A stretch of DNA of 62,203 nt, taken from contig JAJXZI010000031.1 of assembly GCA_021780115.1 (NCBI GenBank), positions 1-62,203 of the forward strand. The letters are read 5' to 3'. A model generated the notes under the pieces. It searched no databases. It was not told the DNA's origin and worked only from the letters and a program-made list of their open reading frames with translations. The translations under genes and the position numbers were made by a program. Positions 27,608-36,743 of this stretch are shown in pieces. Source of the DNA: a bacterium. GTDB lineage: Bacteria; Verrucomicrobiota; Verrucomicrobiia; Limisphaerales; JAJXZI01. Position 1 is the stretch's first letter, and each line of letters begins with the position of its first letter.

Positions 27608-29170
27608 ATGAAACAAACCGTGAAAGCAACCAGAGCCTGTCCCGGGGCGAGAACCTTGGCACTCACCGGCTTGCTGTGCGCACAAAGCCTCACCGTATTC
27701 TCCGCCGGCTTCGATGACCTCGCCCGCCTCCCGCCCGGCCGCACGAAGGCCGAAAACGCGCTCTGGATCGAAAATCCGCTCACCGCGCGCTTCAACTCCA
27801 CCAACCGCGTCGTCGTCGCCGACCTCCAAGGTCCGGCGATGATCACGATGCTCCACTTCGCGCTGCCGAACAGCCAGTTCGGCCAGCCGGTCAAGCCGCT
27901 CAGCCGCGACCTGCTCCTGCGCATGTTCTGGGACGGCGAAGCCACGCCCAGCGTCGAAGTGCCGCTGGTGGATTTTTTCTGCGACGCCGCCGGCACGCGC
28001 GAGGAGGTCAACACCGCGCTGGTCAACAAGCGCCGCGGCTGGAACGCCTATTTCCCGATGCCGTTCCGCAAGTCGGGCCGCGTCGAGCTGGTTTATGACG
28101 GGCCGGTCAAGCCGGGCGAGGAGTTGTGGCGGCTGATGCCGTGCTATTCCTACGTCATGCATCGCACGCTCGACTCCGTGCCGGCTGATGCCGGTTACTT
28201 TCACGCGAGCTGGCGGCAGGAGGCGCTGCTGCTCGGCAAGCAGGACGACTTGGCACTCAACGCCACGGGGCGCGGCAAATTCGTCGGCTGGAACGTGACC
28301 GTGCGCCTGCCGGGCCGCGACGGCTATCCGGTGGACGAAAACGAGAAGTTCTACATCGACGGTGAGACCGCGCCGTCCGTCGAGTTCCAGGGCCTCGAAG
28401 ATTCCTTCGGTTTCAGTTGGGGTTTCCCGCCCACGGAGAGCCAGTTCCCGTTAACCGGTTTCTACAAGTTTTTCAAAGGCGCGATGGCCTACCGTTTCTT
28501 CCTGCAGGACGCGATCAGCTTCGAGAAATCGCTGCGTGTCGCCATCGGTTTCGGCGTGAACGAAGACCCAATGTTCCGGCGCGAATTCTCCAAACCGGGC
28601 AACGCGCTTCAATTTTCGAGCACGGTGTATTGGTATCAAACGGAGCCGCACGCGCCGCTGCCGACCATGCCGCCGGCCGCCGACCGCGCACCCGCGCCGG
28701 AGGAAGCGTTTTGGCCGGAGAAGGAGAAGCTGCCGTCGGCAGAAGAACTCCGGGCGCGTGGCGTGAAGCTGGAAATGCTCTGCGGCCGGACGAAGGGCGA
28801 AGTCATTTTTGCCGAATCGGGTTTCAGCGCCAAAGCGATGAAGGGTTACGCCTGGGAGGGTTGGGGCTTTCCGGTGTATCACTGTCGCGCCGGTGACGAC
28901 GAAGTGGTGGTCGAGTTGACGGTCCCGAAAGGCGCGCGCGGAACCATCCGCGTTTTCGTCACCGACCCGGACAACTTCGAAGGCGGACGCAAGGAGCGCG
29001 TCACCGTCGCCGACGCAGACCTGGGTGTGATCGAGAATTTCCAGCAAGGCCGCTGGCTCGAACGGCGCATCGGCGCAGACAAAACCGCCGATGGCAAAGT
29101 GATCCTCCGCGTCAGCAATGCGCGGAAAGGCTCAAATGCGGTGATCTCGATCGTCGAGTGGGTTCCATGA
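27608..29170 (+). CDS. Secreted DUF2961 / GH172-family protein
   Basis: A signal peptide is followed by LADLQGPAMITMLHFAL....LLRMFWDGEATPSVEVPLVDFFCDA and EKFYIDGE..PSVEFQGLEDSFGFSWGF, the DUF2961 double jelly-roll signature as I remember it. Confidence 0.7.
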   Translation: MKQTVKATRACPGARTLALTGLLCAQSLTVFSAGFDDLARLPPGRTKAENALWIENPLTARFNSTNRVVVADLQGPAMITMLHFALPNSQFGQPVKPLSRDLLLRMFWDGEATPSVEVPLVDFFCDAAGTREEVNTALVNKRRGWNAYFPMPFRKSGRVELVYDGPVKPGEELWRLMPCYSYVMHRTLDSVPADAGYFHASWRQEALLLGKQDDLALNATGRGKFVGWNVTVRLPGRDGYPVDENEKFYIDGETAPSVEFQGLEDSFGFSWGFPPTESQFPLTGFYKFFKGAMAYRFFLQDAISFEKSLRVAIGFGVNEDPMFRREFSKPGNALQFSSTVYWYQTEPHAPLPTMPPAADRAPAPEEAFWPEKEKLPSAEELRARGVKLEMLCGRTKGEVIFAESGFSAKAMKGYAWEGWGFPVYHCRAGDDEVVVELTVPKGARGTIRVFVTDPDNFEGGRKERVTVADADLGVIENFQQGRWLERRIGADKTADGKVILRVSNARKGSNAVISIVEWVP

Positions 29171-29239
29171 CCGCGGCCGTGGCGCGTGTCGCGCTGATCC
29201 GCCCAGCGCCGGAGGTCCGCCAAGCCGCTGCTGGTGAAA

Positions 29240-29303
29240 GGGCTTCGCGCCGGTTGCCCAGATTCAGGACGTGGTAGATCGCGCCGGAAGACTCGACCCT
29301 CAT
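29240..29303 (-). pseudogene. ~20-codon stub of an IS200/Y1 (REP-associated tyrosine transposase-like) transposase
   Basis: MRVESSGAIYHVLNLGNRREA matches the conserved N-terminus (P)R.E..GAIYHVMNRGNRRE.IF of Y1_Tnp proteins common in PVC genomes. Similarity ends after about 21 residues. Confidence 0.4.
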
Positions 29304-29375
29304 CTTGCGCACCCTGCCGGGAGAAGGGCCGCCGCCGCTGGAGTTTCCAATATTAAGAACGGACTCAGATCTCCT

Positions 29376-29753
29376 TCATTTCTCAAGTTTCCCAAGTCTT
29401 TCCCGCGTTGACTTGCGCCAGCGTTCCCATTCTTCGGGAGACATCCCAGGAAACTTGCCCTTGCCTCTCCAATACCGAAGAGCACCTGCGGCCGTCCATT
29501 CTCGATAATCAGCTACGTCCGCTTCGCTCATTCCGAGTTCCGGAATTGGCTCTATGAGTTCGGCGTTGACGCCGAAACTGGTCACTGGTGGAAGCAGTCC
29601 CGCTGCACCGTTTTCCTGCTTATCCCCTTCAAAGCGTGGCACCGGCGTCGGTGTGTCGCCTGAAGATGAATTGGGCTCCGAGGAACTGATTGGAAAGCTG
29701 ACAAAAAGGAGACCAAGCAAGCAAACCGTCGCACCGTGTCGTGTAGTTATCAA
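29376..29753 (-). CDS. Hypothetical small secreted protein in a lower-GC patch
   Basis: The N-terminus is a hydrophobic signal (TVCLLGLLFVSFPISSS) and the composition is non-Arg-rich. The C-terminus is charged and Trp-rich (EEWERWRKSTRERLGKLEK). No family is recognised, and the ORF lies inside mobile-element debris. Confidence 0.3.
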   Translation of the reverse strand: MITTRHGATVCLLGLLFVSFPISSSEPNSSSGDTPTPVPRFEGDKQENGAAGLLPPVTSFGVNAELIEPIPELGMSEADVADYREWTAAGALRYWRGKGKFPGMSPEEWERWRKSTRERLGKLEK

Positions 29754-29784
29754 ACCCGGACAAAAAGCGGGGTTGGGAGTTGGC

Positions 29785-30550
29785 CAACCCTGGCTGCGGG
29801 AGCGGCATCCGATCCGCCTGAAGCGGCCCGGTGTGTATTACTGGCTGGGAAAATGGGGCGGGGTCTTGAAAGTGCCGCGCCAGACCCCGTGCAAAAAAGA
29901 CGCGGCCGCCGCCGAAGCGTTCCAACACACGCTTGGCGCACAGTGGGCGAACTTGAACGCGGCTGGTGGAAGACGGGTGCGCCTGGGGGGGGCCGATGAA
30001 CACCGTTATGGTTTGATCCCGGTGGTGCGCAAGTGCTGGACGCTGCGGGGCGTGCGGCCGACGGCGCCCTATCGGACCCAATACGCAAGGGGGGCTATCT
30101 CCACTCGGCCTTGGCAGTGGACGGGGGAAATGCGGCGGAGTTTTTAGGTCGGCCGGAAGTGAGCCGGGAGAGGAGCGGCTGGTTTCCGAACCATCTTGGC
30201 GGCGAGCGACCCGGAGACCGAGCCCAGCGTCATCTGGGATCACGCCGGGTTTCCTCCCCAACCGGAGTGGCCCGCGGTGCCGGCGCGGGGGCATCGGGTG
30301 TCCCTGCCCCCCCGGATAGCCCCGCACGCAATCCGACGGAAGCCATCGGCGCCGGGATCAAGGAGCGGGTTGGCAATGGACGATGGAACACGTTGGCGGA
30401 GATGGAACAGGCCATTGGCGAAGAACGGCGGCTGTGGTGGGACCATGCCAAAAACGTGCGGAGGCTGGTTGCTCACCCCTGGTTAGTCGAACAAGCCAAC
30501 GCTACCGCAACTGAGAATGGTGCAATTACATGCTCCAAGTGGTATGATCT
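29785..30550 (+). mobile_element. IS630-family transposase pseudogene (N-terminally truncated, multiple frameshifts)
   Basis: Frame a reads RLKRPGVYYWLGKWGGVLKVPRQTPCKKDAAAAEAFQ...VRLGGADEHRYGLIPVVRKCWTLRGVRPTAPY (IS630 pattern ..VYRLL.R.G.S.KKPR....K.D......F.....DE...GL....R.W...G.RP). Frame b reads VIWDHAGFP. Frame c reads PPDSPARNPTEAIGAGIKERVGNGRWNTLAEMEQAIGEERRLWWDHAKNVRRLVAHPWLVEQAN (..PPYSPELNP.E..W..IK..V.N.....L.EL...I). Three frames are needed to read it. Confidence 0.6.
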
Positions 30551-30798
30551 GGTTCGCGAGGCCACCGCTGGCATCTTCCAGATACAGCCTACCCCTGACC
30601 GCACCGATTTCGGCTTGATGTCGAGTGAGAGTCAGCATGGCATCCGTGGCCACATCTGTTTTGACGGTGAGCGCGAGAACGGATTGCTGGCTTCATTTGG
30701 CAAATGATCACGACATTGCCCAACAAAATCCCTGGAGCGCACGCGGGCAGGCCGCGTCAGTAGCCAATGCGGACGCGCCGTAAAAGGTAAAGGGGGCA

Positions 30799-30869
30799 GT
30801 CTTCACTATTGACACACACGCCATTCCTGTCGTTGCGGGTGCTGTTTTCATTCAACTCAAGGACGTGCC
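30799..30869. repeat. Copy A of a ~71-bp direct repeat
   Basis: gtcttcactattgacacacacgccattcctgtcgttgcgggtgctgttttcattcaactcaaggacgtgcc. It aligns without gaps to 33146-33216; by hand count 59 of 71 positions are identical, including an 18-nt perfect core tcactattgacacacacg. Confidence 0.75.
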
Positions 30870-30895
30870 CGCCGCCTCCTCAAGATTGCCGGCCG

Positions 30896-31834
30896 TTACT
30901 TCGGCTTAACCGCCGTGAGGTAAGCGATCATGTCGCGATTCATGATTTGTCCCGCCTCCACCACCGGACGCATTTGGGCCTCGAAGTAACGCCGTTCCTC
31001 TACGGTGAACCGGCGGGCGAGGATTTCCCGCACCGTGGGAACTTGTGGATGGTGCGCCGTGGCAAGGAACGTGTCCCAAGGCACCGCAACGGCCTTGCGC
31101 ATGTCGATATGCAGTTCAAGATGCGTCTCCCCGAAGCCCGCGTCTTCAAAAAACGTGATCAGATCGCGCTCGGTAAAATTGGTGAGCGGGCTGGCGCGAA
31201 TATCCGCCGGCGTTGCGGGAAGTTGCGCTCCTTTCCAGCGGAGAAACAAGCGGGCGTCCAGGGTTGATGGATCCGCGGGACGCCGATCAACGAACTCCGC
31301 CAGGCGGGCCAAATTGAGCGATTCGTCGCGGTAGATTGGCTCCGCCAGCGAGATGCGGCCGCCTGGTTTGAGAACGCGCCGAAATTCGCGCGCGGCGGCG
31401 GCCTTGTCCTGCACGTAGGCGAGCACGGCCCGGGTCGTCACCACGTCGGCCGAGGCCTCCGGCACTGCCTCAAGGCGTTCGGCCGATCCTTGGAGGAAGA
31501 CGCAGGAGTCCTGGACTCCGAGTTGCCAGGCGACTGCCTCGGCGCGTTGCAACAGCGCGGCCGAAATGTCAGCGAGGATGACCTTCAGCGAAGGGCCGAC
31601 GCGAGCGATAGCCCCGAAGGCGATCAGGCCGTCGCCCGCTCCGACATCGAGCAAGGTCATTCCTTCGGCCAGTTGGGCGCCATCGAGGACACGGTTGCGG
31701 TAACTCTCGACGGTGCGTCGCACCGATTGTTCGAAGCCGGGGTCGCCTCCGTGGCGTCGGGAAGTCAACCAATCAAACCACGGGTCAGCCGGGGCCGTTG
31801 GGCCTTCGGGTCCGTTGCGTCCAGCGTGGTTCAT
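30896..31834 (-). CDS. Class I SAM-dependent methyltransferase
   Basis: Motif I is TLLDVGAGDGLIAFGA. Post-I/II segments are ILADIS and VVTTRAVLAYV, followed by LKPGGRISL. Confidence 0.8.
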   Translation of the reverse strand: MNHAGRNGPEGPTAPADPWFDWLTSRRHGGDPGFEQSVRRTVESYRNRVLDGAQLAEGMTLLDVGAGDGLIAFGAIARVGPSLKVILADISAALLQRAEAVAWQLGVQDSCVFLQGSAERLEAVPEASADVVTTRAVLAYVQDKAAAAREFRRVLKPGGRISLAEPIYRDESLNLARLAEFVDRRPADPSTLDARLFLRWKGAQLPATPADIRASPLTNFTERDLITFFEDAGFGETHLELHIDMRKAVAVPWDTFLATAHHPQVPTVREILARRFTVEERRYFEAQMRPVVEAGQIMNRDMIAYLTAVKPK

Positions 31835-32001
31835 GTGAATTGTCCCGGCAAGTGCCGGTTGGGCGGCAAGGAAAATACATGCCGATCCCAGAACGCGCCA
31901 CAGTCAACACAGCGGCGCTTCAAGGTCAAGGCCCGCGCCTTGGTCCCGCAACTTTGGCAGCATGACCAATCCCTTGGCCCCGTTTGCGCAACGCGCTGGG
32001 C

Positions 32002-33060
32002 TTAGTTGCCTTTGAGGGACGCCATGTCGATGACGAAGCGGTATTTCACGTCCTGCTTGAGCAGGCGGTCCCAGGCCTCGTTGATCTTCTGGATCGGAAT
32101 GAGTTCGATGTCGGCGCCAATCCGATGCTTCCCGCAGAAGTCCAGCATCTCCTGGGTTTCGGCGATGCCGCCGATGGCGGATCCGGCGAAGTTGCGGCGC
32201 GGCAGGATCAGGTTGAACGCCGCGACGGGCAACGGACGTTCGGGCGCGCCCACCAGCGTGAGCGTGCCATCCAGTTTCACCAGGCCAAGGTAGGTGTTGA
32301 TGTCGTGCTGGGCCGAAACCGCATCGAGAATGAAATCGAAGCTGGCGGCGTGCTTCTTCATCGCGTCGGCGTCCTTGGAAATCACCACCTCGTGCGCGCC
32401 GAGCCGCAAGCCATCGGCGACTTTGCCGGGCGACGTGGTGAACAGGACGACATGGGCGCCGAAGGCACGGGCGAACTTCACGGCCATGTGCCCCAGACCG
32501 CCGAGGCCGACGATGCCCACCTTCTGGTTCGGGCCGACTTTCCAATGCCGCAGCGGCGAATAGGTGGTGATGCCGGCGCACAGCAACGGCGCGGTGGCCG
32601 CCAGTTCCAGCCCGGCGGGTACCCGCAGCACGAACGCCTCATCCACCACGACGCTTGTGGAGTAGCCGCCGAACGTGTGTCCGCCGAGAAACTTGTCGTT
32701 GCCGTTGTAGGTGAAGACGGGGAAGGCGAGGCAGTATTGTTCGAGGCCGGCTTGGCAGTGGGCGCAGGTGCGGCAGGAATCCACCATGCAACCGACGGCG
32801 CTCAGGTCGCCCGGCTTGAACTTGGTGACTCGATTGCCGACGCGGGTGACGCGGCCCACGATCTCGTGGCCGGGCACACACGGATACATCGTGCCGGGCC
32901 ATTCGCTGCGGGCGGTGTGCAGGTCGGAGTGGCAGACCCCGCAGTAAAGGATCTCCATCTCGACGTCCGTGGCGGTGGGTTCGCGGCGGTCAATGGCGAG
33001 CGGCGCAAGGGCGGAGGTCGCGCTTTGCGCGGCGTAGGATCGGGCTTTCGTTTTAATCAT
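32002..33060 (-). CDS. NAD(P)-dependent alcohol dehydrogenase, cinnamyl-alcohol dehydrogenase (YahK/AdhC-like) subfamily
   Basis: ATG at 33060 gives MIKTKARSYAA.... The protein contains ILYCGVCHSDLH, PCVPGHEIVGRV, CRTCAHCQAGLEQYC and GIVGLGGLGHMAVKFA. The 86-codon upstream extension in the ORF track has no homology. Confidence 0.9.
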   Translation of the reverse strand: MIKTKARSYAAQSATSALAPLAIDRREPTATDVEMEILYCGVCHSDLHTARSEWPGTMYPCVPGHEIVGRVTRVGNRVTKFKPGDLSAVGCMVDSCRTCAHCQAGLEQYCLAFPVFTYNGNDKFLGGHTFGGYSTSVVVDEAFVLRVPAGLELAATAPLLCAGITTYSPLRHWKVGPNQKVGIVGLGGLGHMAVKFARAFGAHVVLFTTSPGKVADGLRLGAHEVVISKDADAMKKHAASFDFILDAVSAQHDINTYLGLVKLDGTLTLVGAPERPLPVAAFNLILPRRNFAGSAIGGIAETQEMLDFCGKHRIGADIELIPIQKINEAWDRLLKQDVKYRFVIDMASLKGN

Positions 33061-33145
33061 GGTTTCATTATAGCCACGGCCCGAAATTCGCCAACCTGTT
33101 TGCCAGGCGGGCCAAGGTTCTCGCAAAAGAGCCGTGTAATGGACG

Positions 33146-33216
33146 GTCCTCACTATTGACACACACGACTTTCCTGCCGGTGTGGATGCGGTCTTCATTC
33201 GATTCAAGGACGCGCC
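33146..33216. repeat. Copy B of the ~71-bp direct repeat
   Basis: gtcctcactattgacacacacgactttcctgccggtgtggatgcggtcttcattcgattcaaggacgcgcc, in the same orientation as copy A. It lies 86 bp upstream (minus-strand sense) of the ADH start. Confidence 0.75.
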
Positions 33217-33555
33217 TCGTCCCAGACGTTCCGGCGGAAAGACTGACCTGGCCGGCAAAGTTGCCGCCGGCAGTGTCGCAGCCGCCCAGGCTGCCGCGGA
33301 CTGCTCCCTTTCCAACATGACTTTGCTTCGCCACCTTCGTCAAATCTCCAGGTCGCCCGCAATTGCTCGGCCGTCGCCGCGCCCCAAGCGGCACTTGACC
33401 CTTTCCCGCACTCGCCCCAGAGTGTGCCCGTGCTCCCGGGTGTGCGCCGGACTCCGTCAACGCAGCGCGGTCAGCCGGGCCGGGACTCGGCCCATTGTTT
33501 CCATAGTGAAGACCGCTCCTTGTAATGACCAATCTGAACCAAACCAAAACTGAGT

Positions 33556-34785
33556 GTGGAAGCCGTGAAAGCTAAAATCTCTTTCGCCGGAAGCACCCTG
33601 AATCGCCGGGAATTCATGCGGTCGCTGGGCGTGGCGGGCGGTGGGACTCTGATGGTGCCACTCCTGGGCCGGGCGGAGTCAAGTTCCGGCCTGCCCGGCG
33701 AGCAACTGGTACGCTTTCCGGAAAAAACCGACCTCATTCTGCGGACGGATCGCCCGCCGCAGTTGGAGACGCCGCTGCATTATTTTCAGCAGGATTTCAC
33801 CCCCAACGAGGCGTTTTATGTCCGCTGGCACCTGGAAGGCATTCCCACCACGGTGAACCTGGACACCTTCCGCCTGGAAATCAGCGGCGCGGTCGAGAAA
33901 CCGTTGTCGCTCTCGCTGGCCGACCTGCGCGGCCGGTTCGAGGCCGTTTCCCTGGTGGCGGTCAACCAATGTTCCGGGAACTCCCGCAGTTTTTTTGCGC
34001 CGCGCGTGCCGGGCGGCCAATGGAAAAACGGCGCCCTGGGCAACGCGCGCTGGACCGGGGTGCGTTTGCGCGAACTATTGGACCGGGCCGGGGTAAAGGC
34101 GGGCGCGGTGGAGGTCGCCTTCAGCGGGTTGGACCGCGCGGCCATCGCCGCCACGCCGAATTTTGCCAAGGCACTGACCCTGGATCACGCCCGGGAGGGC
34201 GAGGTGATGGTGGCCTATGAGATGAACGGGGCGGATTTGCCGATGCTCAACGGGTTCCCGGTGCGGCTCGTGGTTCCCGGATGGTATGCCACCTATTGGG
34301 TGAAGGCTTTGAACCAGATCCGCGTGTTGCCGGAGAAATTCCAGGGATTTTGGATGGACAAGGCTTACCGGATTCCGACCGCGCCGGACGGCAACGAGTC
34401 CCCGGAACATCCGGCCACGGAAACCACGCCGATCAACCGCCTGAGCCTGCGCTCGTTGTTTGTCCGGCCCGAACCAGGCGAGCAAATCCCCGCCCGCCAG
34501 CCGTTTGAAATTCAGGGGTTGGCCTTCGACAGTGGCCGCGGCATCGAGCGCGTGGAGGTTTCGACCCACCACGGCGATGCGTGGCAGGCCGCGCGACTCG
34601 ATCCGGAGTTGGGCCAATACGCCTGGCGCCGCTGGCGTCTGCGCTGGAATCCGCCCGCCCGGGGAAAGTATCAACTCCAGGTGCGCGCCTTCAATCGGGC
34701 CGGGGAACGGCAGACCACCCGCCTGTGGAACCGGGGCGGCTACCTGCGCAACGTGATCGAGCAGACCGAGGTGGAGGTGGTTTGA
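33556..34785 (+). CDS. TAT-exported molybdopterin sulfite dehydrogenase/oxidase catalytic subunit (SorA-like)
   Basis: The TAT signal is NRREFMRSLGVAGGGTLMVPLLG. The Moco-Cys motif is VNQCSGNSRSFF, with GALGNARWTGVRLRELL and a C-terminal dimerisation domain. The apparent start is GTG (33556 or 33565). Confidence 0.85.
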   Translation: MEAVKAKISFAGSTLNRREFMRSLGVAGGGTLMVPLLGRAESSSGLPGEQLVRFPEKTDLILRTDRPPQLETPLHYFQQDFTPNEAFYVRWHLEGIPTTVNLDTFRLEISGAVEKPLSLSLADLRGRFEAVSLVAVNQCSGNSRSFFAPRVPGGQWKNGALGNARWTGVRLRELLDRAGVKAGAVEVAFSGLDRAAIAATPNFAKALTLDHAREGEVMVAYEMNGADLPMLNGFPVRLVVPGWYATYWVKALNQIRVLPEKFQGFWMDKAYRIPTAPDGNESPEHPATETTPINRLSLRSLFVRPEPGEQIPARQPFEIQGLAFDSGRGIERVEVSTHHGDAWQAARLDPELGQYAWRRWRLRWNPPARGKYQLQVRAFNRAGERQTTRLWNRGGYLRNVIEQTEVEVV

Positions 34786-34786
34786 C

Positions 34787-35827
34787 ATGCGGACGCCGAT
34801 GAAAATTCTTTTCCGCGCCTTCGCGGTTGGAGTCGCCGTTTTCCAGGCCGGGGTTTCCGGGGCCGGTGACACCCCCGCCCCGCTGGCCGGGGCACCGGGG
34901 CCCGACGCGGTGCGGTCCATCACTTTGCCACACTTCGAACCCACGCTGGCCGCGGCGCCGGGGCGCGATGAGTTCCTGGCGGTTTGCGTCAGTTGTCATT
35001 CGCCGCGCTACGTGACTCTGCAACCGCTCTTTTCGCGGCGCCAGTGGGAGGAGACGGTGGACAAAATGGCCAAGGTCTATGGCGCGCCGATGGGCCAGGA
35101 ACAGCGACAACCCATCATCGACTACCTGGTCGCCATCCACGGCCCGGATTCCGACAAAGCGGGAGCGGCGGCGGATGAGGATTCGGCGTTCACCGCGCCC
35201 GCCGTCCCTCCGGCGCGTCCGGACACGACGCCGTTGTTGAAACCGGCGGTGGAGGCCGCCGCACACCAGGCGGAGGTGAACCACGGCGCCGAATTGTTCC
35301 AGCAGGACTGCGCGGCCTGCCACGGAACCGCCGGGCGGGGAGACGGCTGGGTGGGCCGGGTGCTGTTACGCCGGCCGGAAAACCTCGCCGCCATCTGCTT
35401 TTCTCCGCGGCTGCTCGGCCAAGCGCTCTGGAACGGGAAACCCGGCACCGCCATGCCGTCGTGGCGCAACCTGTCGCCGGGGGATTTGACCGCGCTGGCC
35501 GCCTACGTGCAAACGTTGCACCCGCCCGACACCGCCGCGCCGGCCTCTTCCGAAGCCGTCCAGCGCGGAAACCTGTTGTTCCAGCAAAATTGCGTTCCCT
35601 GTCACGGCGTCTTGGCCGACGGAAAAGGAGTTTCCGCCGCCAGCCTGATGCCCCCGCCGGCCAACTTCAGATGGAAACAGCCGGACTTCGATTACATCCT
35701 GCAAATTCTGCGCGACGGCATTTCGGGCACGGGCATGCCGTCCTGGAAGAGCCAGCTTTCCGAAGCCGACCGCCGGGCGCTGGCGGGCTTTGTCCGCTCG
35801 CGCTTCGAAACCGCCGGCGCGCCCTGA
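34787..35827 (+). CDS. Secreted tri-haem c-type cytochrome (SorB-position electron acceptor)
   Basis: The start lies 1 nt after the sorA-like stop. A signal peptide is followed by three CXXCH motifs (CVSCHS, CAACHG, CVPCHG) with class-I Met ligands (GTAMPSW, GTGMPSW). Confidence 0.85.
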   Translation: MRTPMKILFRAFAVGVAVFQAGVSGAGDTPAPLAGAPGPDAVRSITLPHFEPTLAAAPGRDEFLAVCVSCHSPRYVTLQPLFSRRQWEETVDKMAKVYGAPMGQEQRQPIIDYLVAIHGPDSDKAGAAADEDSAFTAPAVPPARPDTTPLLKPAVEAAAHQAEVNHGAELFQQDCAACHGTAGRGDGWVGRVLLRRPENLAAICFSPRLLGQALWNGKPGTAMPSWRNLSPGDLTALAAYVQTLHPPDTAAPASSEAVQRGNLLFQQNCVPCHGVLADGKGVSAASLMPPPANFRWKQPDFDYILQILRDGISGTGMPSWKSQLSEADRRALAGFVRSRFETAGAP

Positions 35828-35999
35828 AGCCCGCGTCCGCGGATCCCGCCCGCCGGGCGCGGCGGCGGTTGGGTAGATAAAAATTTTGTCATGCGCCAGG
35901 AGGCCGGATGTTTAGGCGTTGGTGGTCCAATACTGCTGGAACGGTGGCCCCAACGGACGCCGGACCAACAATGAACCTAACCATCAACGAACAAATACC

Positions 36000-36629
36000 A
36001 TGAAACGAAACCTCCTGACAGTATTGGCCACCCTCCTCATCAGCACGGCAGCCGGCTCGCTGACCGCCCTGGCCCAGGGGCCCCGCAGTGGGGGGACGAC
36101 GCCGATTGATGCGGACGCCACGGCGGCGCTGCTCACCGCTCTGGCCGGTCCCGACGGCGAGTACGCCGCCCACGCCGAATACACCGCCATCCTGGCGAAG
36201 TTCGGCGCTACCGTGCAGCCCTTCGCCAACATCTTGCTGGCGGAGAAGCAGCACATCGCCGCGCTGCAACAGCAGTGTGTCAAGTTCGGCGTGCCCGTGC
36301 CCCCCGACCCTTACTTCGGGAAGGTCACCGCGCCCGCCACGCTGCTCGAAGCGGCGCAGGCAGGCGTCTTCGCCGAAACGCTAAACGTGGCCATGTATGG
36401 CACGCTCCTGACGAAGGTGCAAAAGTACCCCAGCCTGGCGCAGGTGTTCGCCAACCTGCGGGCCGCGTCATTGAACAACCACCTGCCGGCCTTCGAGGCG
36501 GCCGTCGCCCGCCTGGAAGCGGCGGCCCTCACCACCAGTCCCGCCAGCACGGGCGTTGCGCCCGCCGCCGGCGGCGCGCCGGACCGGATCCGGCAGCAGT
36601 TGCGGGACGGCAGTTGCCGCACTTCCTGA
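36000..36629 (+). CDS. Secreted DUF2202 (ferritin-like) protein, paralog 1
   Basis: ATG at 36000 with a signal peptide. The body reads LLTALAGPDGEYAAHAEYTAILAKFGATVQPFANILLAEKQHIAALQQQCVKFGVPVP...AQAGVFAETLNVAMYGTLL...NLRAASLNNHLPAFE, a four-helix ferritin-like pattern. Confidence 0.7.
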   Translation: MKRNLLTVLATLLISTAAGSLTALAQGPRSGGTTPIDADATAALLTALAGPDGEYAAHAEYTAILAKFGATVQPFANILLAEKQHIAALQQQCVKFGVPVPPDPYFGKVTAPATLLEAAQAGVFAETLNVAMYGTLLTKVQKYPSLAQVFANLRAASLNNHLPAFEAAVARLEAAALTTSPASTGVAPAAGGAPDRIRQQLRDGSCRTS

Positions 36630-36743
36630 CGTCGGTCCATGCCGGCTGGTTTGCGATGGCGCCCGAGCGCCGAACCGCGGTGTGAAAGCGCCATCGCCAG
36701 ACCCAGCCCGCTCTCAACCCAAACGCACGTGCTTCCCAACGCT

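Noticed and set aside
30810-30815. TTGACA inside the direct-repeat core as a sigma-70 -35 box
   Set aside because: No acceptable -10 hexamer lies 16-18 nt downstream on the plus strand in either copy. A weak minus-strand alternative (AATAGT as -10) exists but its -35 is poor. It is kept only as one hypothesis within the repeat finding.
32002-33318. 86-codon N-terminal extension of the CAD-type ADH, and similar upstream extensions of genes at 5756, 9648, 18743, 35919, 36639, 39927, 42941 and 52457
   Set aside because: The extensions lack homology and often begin with TTG or GTG. Internal ATGs coincide with the start of family similarity or with signal peptides.
33217-33555. Possible Moco riboswitch or other leader upstream of the sorA-like gene, including the hairpin GGGCCG-GGACT-CGGCCC near 33478-33494
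   Set aside because: I could not match the conserved Moco-motif elements from memory. The hairpin lacks a U-tract and has no obvious partner structure.
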